A model generated the notes under the pieces. That model had not been told where the DNA came from. It did no database searches and saw only the letters and a list, made by a program, of their open reading frames with translations. A program made the translations under genes and the position numbers. From assembly GCA_963847445.1 (NCBI GenBank), contig CAWJZV010000006.1, positions 144,133 to 208,132 on the forward strand: a stretch of DNA of 64,000 bases, read 5' to 3'. This stretch comes from an uncultured delta proteobacterium. GTDB taxonomy: Bacteria > Desulfobacterota > Binatia > UBA9968. Below are positions 13,527-23,972 of this stretch, piece by piece (positions within the stretch are counted from its first letter, which is position 1; every line of letters begins with the position of its first letter).

Positions 13527-14282
13527 ATGACCTCGAAGCTCGAGCTGGTACGTAAACATGGTTCCATGCGCGAGCGATTGATCGTCGCCCTCGACGTCGA
13601 TGACTTGGAACAGGCCGCCGAGTTAGTGCGCCAGCTCGCCGGCGAAGTCGGCATGTTCAAAATCGGCAAGCAGCTCTTCACCCACGCCGGGCCGCAGGCG
13701 GTGCGGCAGATTCAAGAGCTGGGCGGCGAGATCTTTCTCGACCTCAAGTTCCACGACATTCCCAATACCGTCGCGAAAGCGGCCATCGAAGCGACCCGGC
13801 TCGGCGTGAAAATGTTCAACGTCCACGCCTCGGGCAGCTTGGAGATGATGCGCCTGACCGCCAAGGAAGTAAGACGGGTGTGCCGGCAGCAAAAGCTGCG
13901 CAAGCCGATCATGCTGGCGGTCACCGTGCTGACGAGCTTGAACCAAGACGATCTGCAGCGCGTCGGCGTCGAGCGCAAGGTCGCCGATCAGGTGGTGCGT
14001 TTAGCTCTGCTTACCAAGGAAGCGGGGATGGATGGTGTAGTCGCTTCGCCTCATGAAGTGGCGGATATCCGCGAGGCCTGCGGCCGGCGCTTCGTCATCG
14101 TCACGCCGGGGATTCGCCCGTCAGATGGCAATCGCAACGACCAACAGCGCGTCATGACACCGCAAAATGCCGTGCGCGGCGGCGTCGACTACATCGTCGT
14201 CGGCCGGCCGATTATCGAAGCCAAAGATCCGGTGGCCGCCGCCCGCGCCATCGTCGCCGACATGCAGCTGGGCGCCAAGTAG
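13527..14282 (+). CDS. pyrF: Orotidine-5'-phosphate decarboxylase
   Basis: DLKFHDIPNT, VTPGIR and VVGRPI motifs. Confidence 0.98.
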   Translation: MTSKLELVRKHGSMRERLIVALDVDDLEQAAELVRQLAGEVGMFKIGKQLFTHAGPQAVRQIQELGGEIFLDLKFHDIPNTVAKAAIEATRLGVKMFNVHASGSLEMMRLTAKEVRRVCRQQKLRKPIMLAVTVLTSLNQDDLQRVGVERKVADQVVRLALLTKEAGMDGVVASPHEVADIREACGRRFVIVTPGIRPSDGNRNDQQRVMTPQNAVRGGVDYIVVGRPIIEAKDPVAAARAIVADMQLGAK

Positions 14283-14361
14283 CCTCATAGCCTCGCTGGC
14301 GCGAGACATTTCACATTGCAAATTTCACACGGCAAATTTCGGGTTGGCTGAGATTCGCCTG

Positions 14362-15156
14362 CTACGCTTTCCAATACCGATAGAAATGATGCACCGGGCT
14401 GTGGCCTGAGCCAATCCGGTAGCTGTGGCGCAACGCATCGGTGATGTAGCTTTTCGCGTTGGTCACTGCCGCGACAATATCCTGGCCTTTGGCCAGGTTC
14501 GCCGCGATGGCGGCGGAGAGAGTGCAGCCGGTGCCATGGGTGTTTTTGGTAACGATGCGCGGCGCGTTGAGCGCGGTGAACTTTTTACCATCGTAAAAAA
14601 GATCCATGGCTGACCCTTTGAGATGGCCGCCTTTGATGAGCACGGTTTTTGCGCCCATCTTGACGATTCGTTTTGCCGCTTCCTTAGTTTCCTCCGCGCT
14701 GCGAAGCTTCATGCCGGTGAGCACCTCGGCTTCTGGAATATTCGGCGTGACGACAGTGGCTAATGGAATCAGTTTACTGCGCAGCGCGGCGACGGCGCTT
14801 TTTTCAATCAGCAAATCGCCCGAGGTCGCAACCATCACCGGATCGACGACGATATGCTTTAAGCGATGCTGGCGAATCTTCTTTGCCACCAGGTCGATGA
14901 TCGCAGCGTTAGCGAGCATACCGGTCTTCACCGCATGGGCGCCGATGTCGGCGATGATCGCGTCGATCTGCGCGCCGACGAGTTTGGCATTGACCGCCAA
15001 CACGGCCGTGACGCCAATGGTATTCTGCGCCGTGATCGCAGTGATCGCCGAGGTGCCGTAGACGCCATGGGCGGCGAAGGTTTTCAGATCGGCTTGGATG
15101 CCGGCGCCGGCGCCGGAGTCCGAGCCGGCGATGGTGAGGGCTTTGCGGATGGTCAT
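14362..15156 (-). CDS. thiD: Hydroxymethylpyrimidine/phosphomethylpyrimidine kinase
   Basis: [24 protein letters not shown] and THGTGCT motifs. Confidence 0.97.
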   Translation of the reverse strand: MTIRKALTIAGSDSGAGAGIQADLKTFAAHGVYGTSAITAITAQNTIGVTAVLAVNAKLVGAQIDAIIADIGAHAVKTGMLANAAIIDLVAKKIRQHRLKHIVVDPVMVATSGDLLIEKSAVAALRSKLIPLATVVTPNIPEAEVLTGMKLRSAEETKEAAKRIVKMGAKTVLIKGGHLKGSAMDLFYDGKKFTALNAPRIVTKNTHGTGCTLSAAIAANLAKGQDIVAAVTNAKSYITDALRHSYRIGSGHSPVHHFYRYWKA

Positions 15157-16226
15157 GATGATTTCGCGTCGCGCATGATCAGTCGATTGTAGAGTTGCAC
15201 GAGTTCAGCGGTGCGCTCGCCCCATTTCTCGTGGGATACCACTTGTTGCTTACGCGGTCCGGGGTCGACTTGATACTTGACGTCTTTGCGGCTCACCCAG
15301 CGCCCCTGGTTGGCCATGATCTCTTGGGCTTTTTTCGCCAGCATGAAGTCGACGAAGAGCGCCGCCCCGTGCGGATGGGGCGGCCGGGCAGCGACCCAGA
15401 ATCCCTGCGGGATCATCACTGGGATGAACGGCTCGGGAAATATATATTCGATCGGCGCGCCTTTTTTCTTTAGATCGTGGGCCAAATGATTCGAGCCGTC
15501 GACCATGATGGAGAATTCACCGGCGGCCACCAGTTGGCCGACTAGTGTAGTACCGCGGCGAAAACCGGGCTCCTGCTTGCCCAAGGCTTCTGCCATGCGC
15601 CGGCCCTCCGTGTCGCCGTAATGATCGAGCATGGCGGCAAGCAGGTCGTAGGACTCGTTGTCCATGGCGAGCTTGCCCTTCCACTTGGGCTCGAGCAGAT
15701 TGGCAAAGGATTTCGGGTAGTCTTTCGGCGCGACCAAATTCTTGTTGACGATGAACATGAAGGCGCGCGTAAAGGTGGCGTTGAAATAGCCCTCTTGATC
15801 GACGAAGCCGGGGCGGAGAAATTCCCGCAGCGGCGTACGGTAGCGCATGATCACGCCCGCTTTGCGCGTCGGCGTGAGAAAAGTCGCGCGGTAGCCGGTG
15901 GCGTCGTAGAGATGGGCGCCGGCGCGGTATTCGGCGGTGATGCGGTTCAACGTCTTCGGTCCGCCGGCGGTGACGAAGCTCAATTTAATATAGGGATAGT
16001 CGGTTTCGAAAGCGCGAATCAGCTCGTTGGAATCTTCACGATTCATCGTCGAGTACCAGACGACCTCGCGTTCTTTCTTCGCGCCGTCTTCGAGGCGGCG
16101 CTGGCGTTCGACGGCAGGCAGGCGATTGATTTCTTCGAGCAAATCTTCCGGTGATTTCTGCGCCGACAAGTCAGGCGCGAAAAACAGCATGGAAGCGAAG
16201 ATCGATATCCATACTCGCTGTTTCAT
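15153..16226 (-). CDS. ABC transporter substrate-binding protein (Fe3+/AfuA-like family)
   Basis: Signal peptide; [18 protein letters not shown] and [12 protein letters not shown] motifs; overlaps the thiD start (ATGA). Confidence 0.85.
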   Translation of the reverse strand: MKQRVWISIFASMLFFAPDLSAQKSPEDLLEEINRLPAVERQRRLEDGAKKEREVVWYSTMNREDSNELIRAFETDYPYIKLSFVTAGGPKTLNRITAEYRAGAHLYDATGYRATFLTPTRKAGVIMRYRTPLREFLRPGFVDQEGYFNATFTRAFMFIVNKNLVAPKDYPKSFANLLEPKWKGKLAMDNESYDLLAAMLDHYGDTEGRRMAEALGKQEPGFRRGTTLVGQLVAAGEFSIMVDGSNHLAHDLKKKGAPIEYIFPEPFIPVMIPQGFWVAARPPHPHGAALFVDFMLAKKAQEIMANQGRWVSRKDVKYQVDPGPRKQQVVSHEKWGERTAELVQLYNRLIMRDAKSS

Positions 16227-17698
16227 GCTTGAGCTCCGTGCGGCAACTTCGGCGAACTGCTCGCTAACAGCTGAGCCACCGCACTTTCGCAGACGGTGCC
16301 TGTGAAGAAGTCGGGGTTCATGCCGGCGTACAGCATCGCCGCGTTGGTGAAAGTATAATCGCGAAAATCTTCTTCGCCGATCAAGCCGTCGTCGACCAGT
16401 TCATGGGCCTCTTCGACGACTTCGTTCATCTCGGTGACATCCCAGTGGCCGATGTCGGAGCTCATCATCGCTTTCAATTTGGCGCCCATGGGATTGGTTT
16501 TCGCATTGAACGCCCAGGCCACCATCGGGTCGTCGGCTTCGCAGCCGAAATAAAAATTCGGAATGAATAGATCGCGCAGATCTTCCAGCTTCTCGGCGCG
16601 GCAGGCGGCCCAATCGTCGAGATTCTTCGGATGGCGCTGGGGCTGGCTTAGCCAGTCCATGATGGCGTCAACCTTGGCGGTCATTTTCTCATTGCCATGT
16701 TCGCCGATCAGTTGGCGCATCAGTGCGCGATCCAGGTTGGCGGGATCGAGATCGTGAATCGCCTTGGCGTTGCGTTTCTTCCAGTGGCCGACGATGTCCG
16801 AGTAAACGCCGCAGGCCCAGTGCACGCCGCCTTCGAGAAAAGCGAAGTTCAACGTCGGAAAACGGCGCGTCACGCCGCCGAAAAACAGCGCCTTGCACAT
16901 CGCTTCGCCGGCGGCGCCGAAGTGGCCGATGTGGTTGAACATATAATTGGACACCGAGCGGCGGCTGCCCCAGCCCTGGCCGGTGGCATGAGTGGTAACG
17001 GCGACTTTGAGCTCGACGCATTTGGCCCAGAACGGGTCATAGTCATACTCGCTGTCGAGGGCGAGCAGATCGATATACGTCATGTTGGCGGCCAGGTCGG
17101 GATGTTCTTGCAACATTTTCGGCACCGGCCGTTGCACATGAGAAATCACCGCGGCTTTGAAGCCCTGTTGCTTCACGGCAAATTCCACTTCCTCCATGGC
17201 TTCTTGCGGCGAGTGGACCGGGATCACCGCCACCGGCGTCATGCGGTCGGCATAGTCGCGATAGATGTCTGAGTGAAAGGCATTCAAAGCGCGGCAAGCG
17301 ATCCGGCGCACTTCTTCTTCCTCAATGCGCGGCGGTTCGGTTAGACCGAAGGTCGGGTAGAGCACGGTGAAATCCATGCCGAGCTCATCCATGCGCCGGT
17401 GCAGCAAGCGCGGCAGTGAGGCGGTCGCGCGGTCGAGGGTGTTTTTCGCCGGGCGCGCCCACCAGGGCGGACAAGTCGCACGCGAATAGCGGCGCTCGTC
17501 ATCGGTCAGTTCCATCCAGCGGTTGTTGGCCCGGCTGCCGACGGCTGTCTTGTAGCGTTCGATCATACCGGCGCCGCCGATCGCTTTAATGTAATCGAAA
17601 AACACTGGCGTCAGCTCGACGGTGTGGCCGTCGGTGTCGATGATCGGGTGATCGAGCTGCGCGCGGACCTGAGATGATTTGGAACCGTTCGCTGACAT
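16223..17698 (-). CDS. Amidohydrolase_2 family protein
   Basis: IDTDGH, LYPT, FLEGG and SSDIGHWD motifs. Confidence 0.88.
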   Translation of the reverse strand: MSANGSKSSQVRAQLDHPIIDTDGHTVELTPVFFDYIKAIGGAGMIERYKTAVGSRANNRWMELTDDERRYSRATCPPWWARPAKNTLDRATASLPRLLHRRMDELGMDFTVLYPTFGLTEPPRIEEEEVRRIACRALNAFHSDIYRDYADRMTPVAVIPVHSPQEAMEEVEFAVKQQGFKAAVISHVQRPVPKMLQEHPDLAANMTYIDLLALDSEYDYDPFWAKCVELKVAVTTHATGQGWGSRRSVSNYMFNHIGHFGAAGEAMCKALFFGGVTRRFPTLNFAFLEGGVHWACGVYSDIVGHWKKRNAKAIHDLDPANLDRALMRQLIGEHGNEKMTAKVDAIMDWLSQPQRHPKNLDDWAACRAEKLEDLRDLFIPNFYFGCEADDPMVAWAFNAKTNPMGAKLKAMMSSDIGHWDVTEMNEVVEEAHELVDDGLIGEEDFRDYTFTNAAMLYAGMNPDFFTGTVCESAVAQLLASSSPKLPHGAQA

Positions 17699-17805
17699 AT
17701 CGAATACCTCTATGCCCGGTATATTACGCGGGCTTCCTGACTGTCAATTCGATTGCTCACGCTAAGTTGCGGTGCTACGTGTATCGGAAGCAGCAGAGGG
17801 AATTA

Positions 17806-17835
17806 TCCCCGCGCAAAGGCGCAAAGCGCGCTAAG
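17806..17835. repeat. Half copy of a CGCAAAGGCGCAAAG-type intergenic repeat
   Basis: Sequence ccccgcgcaaaggcgcaaagcgcgctaag. Confidence 0.45.
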
Positions 17836-17863
17836 CGAGTCAATGATGCGCAAGGGTGTTGAC

Positions 17864-18712
17864 ATGAGCGAGAGCAAAACCGTGGATATTCGCCTCGATG
17901 TGCCGTATGGCGGCGGGGCGGCGGGAAATCTTTGTGTCGATCTCTATTTGCCGACTGGCGCAGGAGCGCATCCGGCACTGCTCTGTCTGCACGGTGGCGC
18001 GTGGCTGCGCGGGTCGCAGCGGCAATACAAGAGCTGGGGGCCATGGCTGGCCGAGCGCGGCTACGCCGTAGTGGCGGTCGACTATCGTCTGTCGAGCCAA
18101 GCGAGTCCGGCGTGGCCGGGCGTGTGGCAAGATGTCTGCCGCGCGTTGCAGTGGTTGATCGACCAAGCCCCAGCGCTCAATCTCGATCCATTGCGGCTCG
18201 GCGCCATCGGCGACTCCGCCGGCGGCCACATGGCGGCGATGCTGTCGCTGCATGAAGCCACGGCGAAACATATTCGCGCCATGGTCGGGGTTTACGGCAT
18301 TTACGATTTGCCGGATTGGTGGCGCGTCACCCAGCCGCCCAAGCGCACCGACGATCCAGTGAGACAGCTCATGGGCAAATCCTACGCCGAGGCGAAAGCG
18401 GACTACGAATACTTCTCGCCGCTGCACCGCGTGCAAGCGTTGAAAGCGCGGCCCGGCGCAAATTATTTAATTATCCACGGCGACGAAGACGCCATCGTGA
18501 ATCACAATCAATCGGAGCGTTTCATCGCCGCGTTGCGTGAGCAGGAAGCCGGTGTCGAAGACATGCTGATCCCCGGCGCCGGCCATCACTGGTTTACCGC
18601 TCGCGACGACAATCCGGCGCGCCGACGCGTCGATGAGGAGCCGAATGTCACGGTGGCGCCGGTGCTGCTGCGATTTCTGCAGCGGACTCTACTTCGGGGA
18701 AGTGAGGAGTGA
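17864..18712 (+). CDS. Alpha/beta hydrolase (esterase, BD-FAE-like)
   Basis: HGGAW oxyanion motif, GDSAGG nucleophile elbow, HGDEDAIV and GAGH. Confidence 0.9.
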   Translation: MSESKTVDIRLDVPYGGGAAGNLCVDLYLPTGAGAHPALLCLHGGAWLRGSQRQYKSWGPWLAERGYAVVAVDYRLSSQASPAWPGVWQDVCRALQWLIDQAPALNLDPLRLGAIGDSAGGHMAAMLSLHEATAKHIRAMVGVYGIYDLPDWWRVTQPPKRTDDPVRQLMGKSYAEAKADYEYFSPLHRVQALKARPGANYLIIHGDEDAIVNHNQSERFIAALREQEAGVEDMLIPGAGHHWFTARDDNPARRRVDEEPNVTVAPVLLRFLQRTLLRGSEE

Positions 18713-18776
18713 ATAGTAAGGAGTAAGGAGGCTCGGATCGGAAGCTATCTTTTGAAACCTTCAAGGAGAAAGCACG

Positions 18777-19674
18777 ATGAGCAATGATGCAAATATCCTG
18801 ACGCTTAGAACGCTATTGGGCGATTACCCGAACACCAAGGCGCTCAAGAGCGGCGCAGTTCATTCGTCCAGCGTCGCACTCGATTTCGCCGACGTGAAAG
18901 TGCCGAATACAGCCTTTAAAGATGTCGTGCGCCATTTGAAATACGATGTCGCCGAGTTGGCGATCGTAACCTATTTACAGGCGAAGGCGCATGGCAAACC
19001 GCTGGTGCTACTGCCCGCGGTGGTGGTCGGCGCATTGCCGCATCCGTTTCTGGTCTACAATGCCGAGCGCGGGCGGATTTCACCTGCTGATCTCAAAGGG
19101 AAGCGCGTTGGCATCCGCGCTTATTCCGTCACCACAGCGGCTTGGGTTCGCGGCGTCTTACAGAACGAATATCGAGTTGATCTCAACAGTATCAATTGGG
19201 TGACGTTCGAAGACCCCCATGTCGCGGAATATTCCGATCCGCCGACGGCAGTGCGGGCGCCGGCCGGCAAGTCGCTGGCGCAGATGCTCATCGACGGTGA
19301 GATCGACGCCGGCGTGGTCGGCGGCCCTGATCTCAAAGATGTCGCGCTTGCAGCCGGTGATTCCAAACCCTAACGAAGCGGCGCAAGCATGGTGCAAAAA
19401 ACATGGCGTGCTGCCGATCAATCATATGCTGGTTGTCAAAGAGTCGCTGGTGCAAACGAATCCGGCGGCGGTAAAAGAAATTTTCCGGATGGTTCGCGAA
19501 AGTAAACAAGCGATGTCACCGATGGGAACTGCGCTCGATCCGATACAGTTCGGATTGGCCAACATTCGCCGCAGCCTGGAGCTGATCGTCGATTATGCGA
19601 CACAGCAAGGGTTGATTCCGATGAAGTTTCCGGTGGATGATTTGTTCGACGATAGGACTCGGAATCTGCTTTGA
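18777..19674 (+). CDS. 4,5-dihydroxyphthalate decarboxylase-like (periplasmic-binding fold) protein; frameshift ~19345
   Basis: GDYPNTKAL, DVAELA, DLKGKRVGIRAYSVTT and PINHMLVV...GLANIRRSLE motifs, split over the ORFs at 18777 and 19219. Confidence 0.75.
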
Positions 19675-19731
19675 GCTTACAAAACCTTAAAAGCCATTGG
19701 CCGCTGTGTGAACATATTGAGGAGCCACGCC

Positions 19732-20439
19732 ATGAAATTAATCGGACTGATTTCACCGAACAGCAGCGAAGAAACTTTGGCGGATGTCTATAAGATCTTT
19801 CCCAAGGACATTCGCATCGAAGCGCGGAACTTGCATGTCGCTAAGTACACCGACGATGAATTTCACCGCGCCGAGATGACCTTTCAAGGACTCGTCCGCG
19901 ATTTGGTCAAGCAGCCGTTGGATTTTCTGATGGTCACCGGCGAACTGTTTCTGTCTTACAAAGGGCCGGGCTCGGATCGGGAAATCCTCGATCTCGTCAA
20001 ACAGATCACGGCGACGCCGGCTTCGACGGTATTGACCGCGGTGACGCGCGGTTGCCGCGCTCTGGGACTCAAGCGCGTGGTGATGGCTTCGCCATTTCCC
20101 GAGGACCAAGACGAGCGGCTGGTGAAATTTCTCGCCCACGACGGCATCGAGGTCGTGGCCTTTCGCGGCTTGGGCTGCCCCAACGCTGAAGTGATTTGGC
20201 AACTGGCGCCGGAAACCGGTTACGACTTGTCGATGGCGCTGTTGCGCGAACATCCCGAGGTCGATGGCGTCTACATGCCGTGCAACAAGTGGCGCACGGT
20301 TTCCGTCATCGAACGGATCGAAAAAGACAGCGGCAAACCGGTGGTGACCAATACTCAGGCGTGGACGTGGGAGGCGCTGCACGGGATGGGCATGCGCGAG
20401 CCAATTACTGGCTTCGGCCGGCTGTTGCGGCAGCAGTAG
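19732..20439 (+). CDS. Asp/Glu racemase / maleate isomerase / arylmalonate decarboxylase family
   Basis: LGLKRVVMASPF, PCNKW and GKPVVTNTQAWTW motifs. Confidence 0.82.
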   Translation: MKLIGLISPNSSEETLADVYKIFPKDIRIEARNLHVAKYTDDEFHRAEMTFQGLVRDLVKQPLDFLMVTGELFLSYKGPGSDREILDLVKQITATPASTVLTAVTRGCRALGLKRVVMASPFPEDQDERLVKFLAHDGIEVVAFRGLGCPNAEVIWQLAPETGYDLSMALLREHPEVDGVYMPCNKWRTVSVIERIEKDSGKPVVTNTQAWTWEALHGMGMREPITGFGRLLRQQ

Positions 20440-20491
20440 GAAGTTCACTCCAAGCTACCGCTGGCTCTGAGGGGGTCACAAGCTTCCCCTG

Positions 20492-20574
20492 AGTTCAACG
20501 TTCAAGGGTTCAAGGTTCAAAGTCAGATTAGGATCAGCTTCAATAGTTCCAACGGTTCAAATGGTTCGAACGTT
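20492..20574 (+). repeat. Degenerate tandem GTTCAA repeats
   Basis: gttcaacgttcaagggttcaaggttcaa...ttcaatagttccaacggttcaaatggttcgaacgtt. Confidence 0.6.
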
Positions 20575-20612
20575 AGCAAGTTGGCTACCGGCACCGGAAT
20601 GGTGTTAGAGAG

Positions 20613-20730
20613 TCAATTTTTTCCGCGCCCCAAAGCCTTCGCCGCGAAACTAAAATCGAACACTTGGCTCGGCGCGACTTCTTTGGTCAGGCCCATGCTT
20701 TTCTTGGTGAACTCGATCGAATGTAGGGTG
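20613..20730 (-). pseudogene. C-terminal fragment of an ABC substrate-binding protein
   Basis: SIEFTKKSMGLTKEVAPSQVFDFSFAAKAL* resembles NMT1-type SBP C-termini; there is no upstream gene body. Confidence 0.5.
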
Positions 20731-20833
20731 TTTATCCGGCAAAGTGATCTTGTCCCAGGTAACATGATGCAATCTAACTGGCCTTGGCCAAGGGCAATAA
20801 GAGAGCCGGGCAACAGATGGCATACGGATTCAA

Positions 20834-20958
20834 TCATTGAACGGATCGAAAATGACAGCGACAATCCGACGGTGACCAGCAGCCAGGCGTGAGCCTGAGA
20901 GACGTTAGACGGGTTAGCCCTTCGCGATGTGATCGCCAGTCATGACCGGAACTTGCGC
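20834..20958 (+). pseudogene. Decayed copy of the 3' end of the 19732-20439 gene
   Basis: atcattgaacggatcgaaaatgacagcgacaatccgacggtgacc aligns to gtcatcgaacggatcgaaaaagacagcggcaaaccggtggtgacc (20305 onward); two TGG codons have become TGA. Confidence 0.8.
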
Positions 20959-20977
20959 TTAAAGTTAAGATCCGCGC

Positions 20978-21175
20978 CTAAACGACCTGCTGCAACAGAG
21001 CAACCGCCCGGTCGCGGATGTGGCGCGCGTGCGCTACACCAGCCTTGAAACGGTCTTCGGCATTGCGCTCCTCTTCCGCCTTGCCCTGAGCAGCGGTGAA
21101 TGATTCGAAGAATACTCTATACATGAGCTGTATCGTTGCACCGTAGGCTTCCACAACATGCACTTTGTCATCCAT
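20978..21175 (-). CDS. Small hypothetical protein (65 aa)
   Basis: Strong RBS (GAGGAGGAG) before the ATG; helical-looking sequence. Confidence 0.6.
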   Translation of the reverse strand: MDDKVHVVEAYGATIQLMYRVFFESFTAAQGKAEEERNAEDRFKAGVAHARHIRDRAVALLQQVV

Positions 21176-21569
21176 TATTAACTCCTCCTCGGGAAAAATG
21201 ATTTGCCCAGGTTTGCGACAGCCAATTTGATTATCGCTCGCCGTCGTATAGCTGGCGAGCCGACAACAGGATTTTAACTTGGAATTGACTGCTGATTGGC
21301 GCTTCTATAGCGCCAACAGCCGATTGTAAAGCGTAGAGAGCGGCGTGAAGCGGGTTCATCGCGGTGACAATCTGAAGAAAATTTCATTTTACGCAATTTG
21401 GTAAAAAGCGCGGCCCGGCCACATCTACCGGTTGAACATCCCATCCCGTGTCGGCTCACGTTATACTGGACATATCCCCCGTGCCTGGATTAAGTTGTTT
21501 GCGGTGCTGGTTCCGGCGTCCACATTTACGGTGCGGATGAAATTTCGACTCGACTTGAGACGACAAACG

Positions 21570-22571
21570 ATGACCATAAGAGTGCTAATCATTTTGCTAT
21601 TACTTTCGCTCCGGGCGGATTTCGGCGCCGCCTATGGCCAGGCCACCAAGCTCATCGTCGCTTATGCTTCCCCGGCGGCGACTTTCTGCCCCGGTTGGAT
21701 CGCTCGGCGCGAGGGGATCTTCGCCAAGTACAATCTCGACGTCGAGATGGTTTTGATGCAGGGCGCGTCGGCTTATATGCCGGCGTTGGCCAACGGCAAC
21801 ATTCAGGTGCTTTATGGCGGCGGCACCGCGGTGTCGCGGGCGATTGCGACCAGGGATTTCGATGTCATGGTGATCGCCACCGAGACGCGCTACGTGCCGC
21901 TGCGCTTGATGGTCAATGCGTCGACGATCCGCACCCCGGCCGATTTGAAAGGCAAGCGCATCGGCGCCGGCCTCGCCGGTCTCGACGAGTACGCGACGTT
22001 GCTTTATTTGGAAAAACTCGGCCTCGTCGCCGGGAAAGACGTGCAGATGGTCTATCTCGCCGGCGGTATTCCCAGCCGGGTGGCGGCGATGAAGCAGGGG
22101 CTGATCGACGGCGTAGCGGTAAATCCGCCCAATGAATACGAGCTCGAAAAAGCCGGTTATCGCGAGCTGGTCAACTTTCTCGACTTGAAGATGCCCTACG
22201 CCGGCGTGCCGCACACGGTTAACCGGGCTTTTCGCGACCGCAATCGCCGGGTGCTGGAAGATTACATGACCGCCCACGTGGCCGGCATGCAATTGTTTCG
22301 CACCAATAAACAATTGGCTTTCAAAGCGATCGTCGAATTAACCCGGCAAAAGGATCCGGTGATTCTCGAGCGCACCTACGACACGTATTATAAACAATAC
22401 GAAGCCATCGACGGCCTGCCGCTGCCATGGCAAGCCGGTATCGAGAGCATGATCACCGGCTTCCACGAACGCTTCAATCCCCAGGGCATCAAAAACCGCG
22501 ATGCTTCGGGTTCTCTCGATGCGTCCTTCGTGCAGAAAGCCGCCGAGCGGCTGAAGCTCGGCAAGAAATAA
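21570..22571 (+). CDS. ABC substrate-binding protein, NMT1/SsuA-like
   Basis: Signal peptide; GIFAKYNLDVE, DLKGKRIG and ...LDASFV C-terminus. Confidence 0.88.
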   Translation: MTIRVLIILLLLSLRADFGAAYGQATKLIVAYASPAATFCPGWIARREGIFAKYNLDVEMVLMQGASAYMPALANGNIQVLYGGGTAVSRAIATRDFDVMVIATETRYVPLRLMVNASTIRTPADLKGKRIGAGLAGLDEYATLLYLEKLGLVAGKDVQMVYLAGGIPSRVAAMKQGLIDGVAVNPPNEYELEKAGYRELVNFLDLKMPYAGVPHTVNRAFRDRNRRVLEDYMTAHVAGMQLFRTNKQLAFKAIVELTRQKDPVILERTYDTYYKQYEAIDGLPLPWQAGIESMITGFHERFNPQGIKNRDASGSLDASFVQKAAERLKLGKK

Positions 22572-22658
22572 GCCACGGCGAGCAAGAGGTCGCGTGCAAG
22601 CCGTGCAAGTGTTGCGCGTTAGCGCCATTTGCAGCGGGCGGTCTCAGGAGGAAAATCT

Positions 22659-23885
22659 ATGTTGCCGAGTAAACGCAGTAATTCGTTCGTCACCGCCGGT
22701 CCAAAATTGCGGTCGAAATCTTATTGCCAGTTGGCGATCGCCGCTTGCCTCAAACGGTCTCTGCTCCTTGTTTGGCTCACGGGGTGTGCGTCCGGGCCGG
22801 TGCAAGGTCAGGCGCCGCGCTCGCCAACGCCAGCCTCGGTGAATGGCATTGTTCAAGTCCAGTCGATCGCCAAAGGGCTCGAACATCCCTGGAGCCTCGC
22901 CATCCTACCGGACAAGCGCATGCTTGTCACCGAACGTCGAGGGCGATTGCGCCTGGTGGGAGCGGACGGCCGCGTCTCCGAACCGCTCGCCGGAGTCCCG
23001 CAGGTTTACGCAAGCGGGCAGGGCGGGTTGCTCGACGTGGTACTGAGTCCGGGATTCGAAAAGGACCGGCTCGTTTATCTCTCTTTCGCCGAATCCGGCG
23101 AGGGCGGCGCGGGGACCGCGGTCGCCCGCGGGCGGTTCGGCGAGCGCGGGCTCGAAAACACCCAAGTGATCTGGCGTCAGCAGCCAAAGGTCGGTGGCTC
23201 GAATCACTGGGGGTCGAGAATTGTTTTTCATTCCGACGGCACGCTGTTCGTGACTTTAGGTGAGCGGTTCAATCACTCCGAGAGAGCCCAGGACCTATCG
23301 GCCACGCTCGGCAAGGTCGTGCGCATCAACCCGGACGGCTCGGCGCCGCGCGACAATCCGTTTGTCAATCGCGACGGCGCGCGCCCGGAGATCTGGTCGT
23401 ATGGGCATCGCAACGTCCAAGCCGCCGCGCTCCATCCCGAGACCGGCCAGCTCTGGACCGTGGAGCATGGCGCCCGCGGCGGCGACGAACTGAACCATCC
23501 CGAAGCGGGGAAAAATTACGGCTGGCCCGTGATCTCGTACGGTACCCACTACACTTTTTTGAAGATCGGCGAAGGCGCGGTGAAACCCGGGATGGAGCAA
23601 CCGGTCTACTATTGGGATCCGGTGATCGCGCCCTCTGGCATGACGGTTTATACGGGCGATCTATTCGCCGGCTGGAAGCACAACTTTCTCATCGGTTCGC
23701 TTACCCCGGGGGGGTTGGTGCGGCTGGTGATCAAGGACGGCAAAGTCGCGCAAGAAGAGCGTTACCTCGGTGATTTACGAGAACGCATCCGCGACGTGCG
23801 CCAGGCGCCGGATGGATCGCTCTATCTTCTCACCGACTCGCGCGACGGGCAGATACTGCGCATAACGCCGGCAGCCAACCGTTGA
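22659..23885 (+). CDS. PQQ-dependent glucose/sorbosone dehydrogenase (YliI-like)
   Basis: GLEHPW, GQGGLLDV, SYGHRNVQ, EHGARGGDELN and NYGWP motifs. Confidence 0.93.
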   Translation: MLPSKRSNSFVTAGPKLRSKSYCQLAIAACLKRSLLLVWLTGCASGPVQGQAPRSPTPASVNGIVQVQSIAKGLEHPWSLAILPDKRMLVTERRGRLRLVGADGRVSEPLAGVPQVYASGQGGLLDVVLSPGFEKDRLVYLSFAESGEGGAGTAVARGRFGERGLENTQVIWRQQPKVGGSNHWGSRIVFHSDGTLFVTLGERFNHSERAQDLSATLGKVVRINPDGSAPRDNPFVNRDGARPEIWSYGHRNVQAAALHPETGQLWTVEHGARGGDELNHPEAGKNYGWPVISYGTHYTFLKIGEGAVKPGMEQPVYYWDPVIAPSGMTVYTGDLFAGWKHNFLIGSLTPGGLVRLVIKDGKVAQEERYLGDLRERIRDVRQAPDGSLYLLTDSRDGQILRITPAANR

Positions 23886-23972
23886 GTGATAAAAAAGCTG
23901 ATAAGCTTGGTGCCGGGTCTGACCCTCCTGGACTGACCGAAGCCTTCCTGTGTTTCCTGAACCGATCTTCGA

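Noticed and set aside
20492-20574. CRISPR array
   Set aside because: The units are 6-9 bp with no unique spacers; no CRISPR array or cas gene was seen in the window.
20880-20900. Two in-frame TGA codons as possible Sec or Trp recoding
   Set aside because: They replace TGG in a decayed duplicate; genes elsewhere in the window use TGA as stop.
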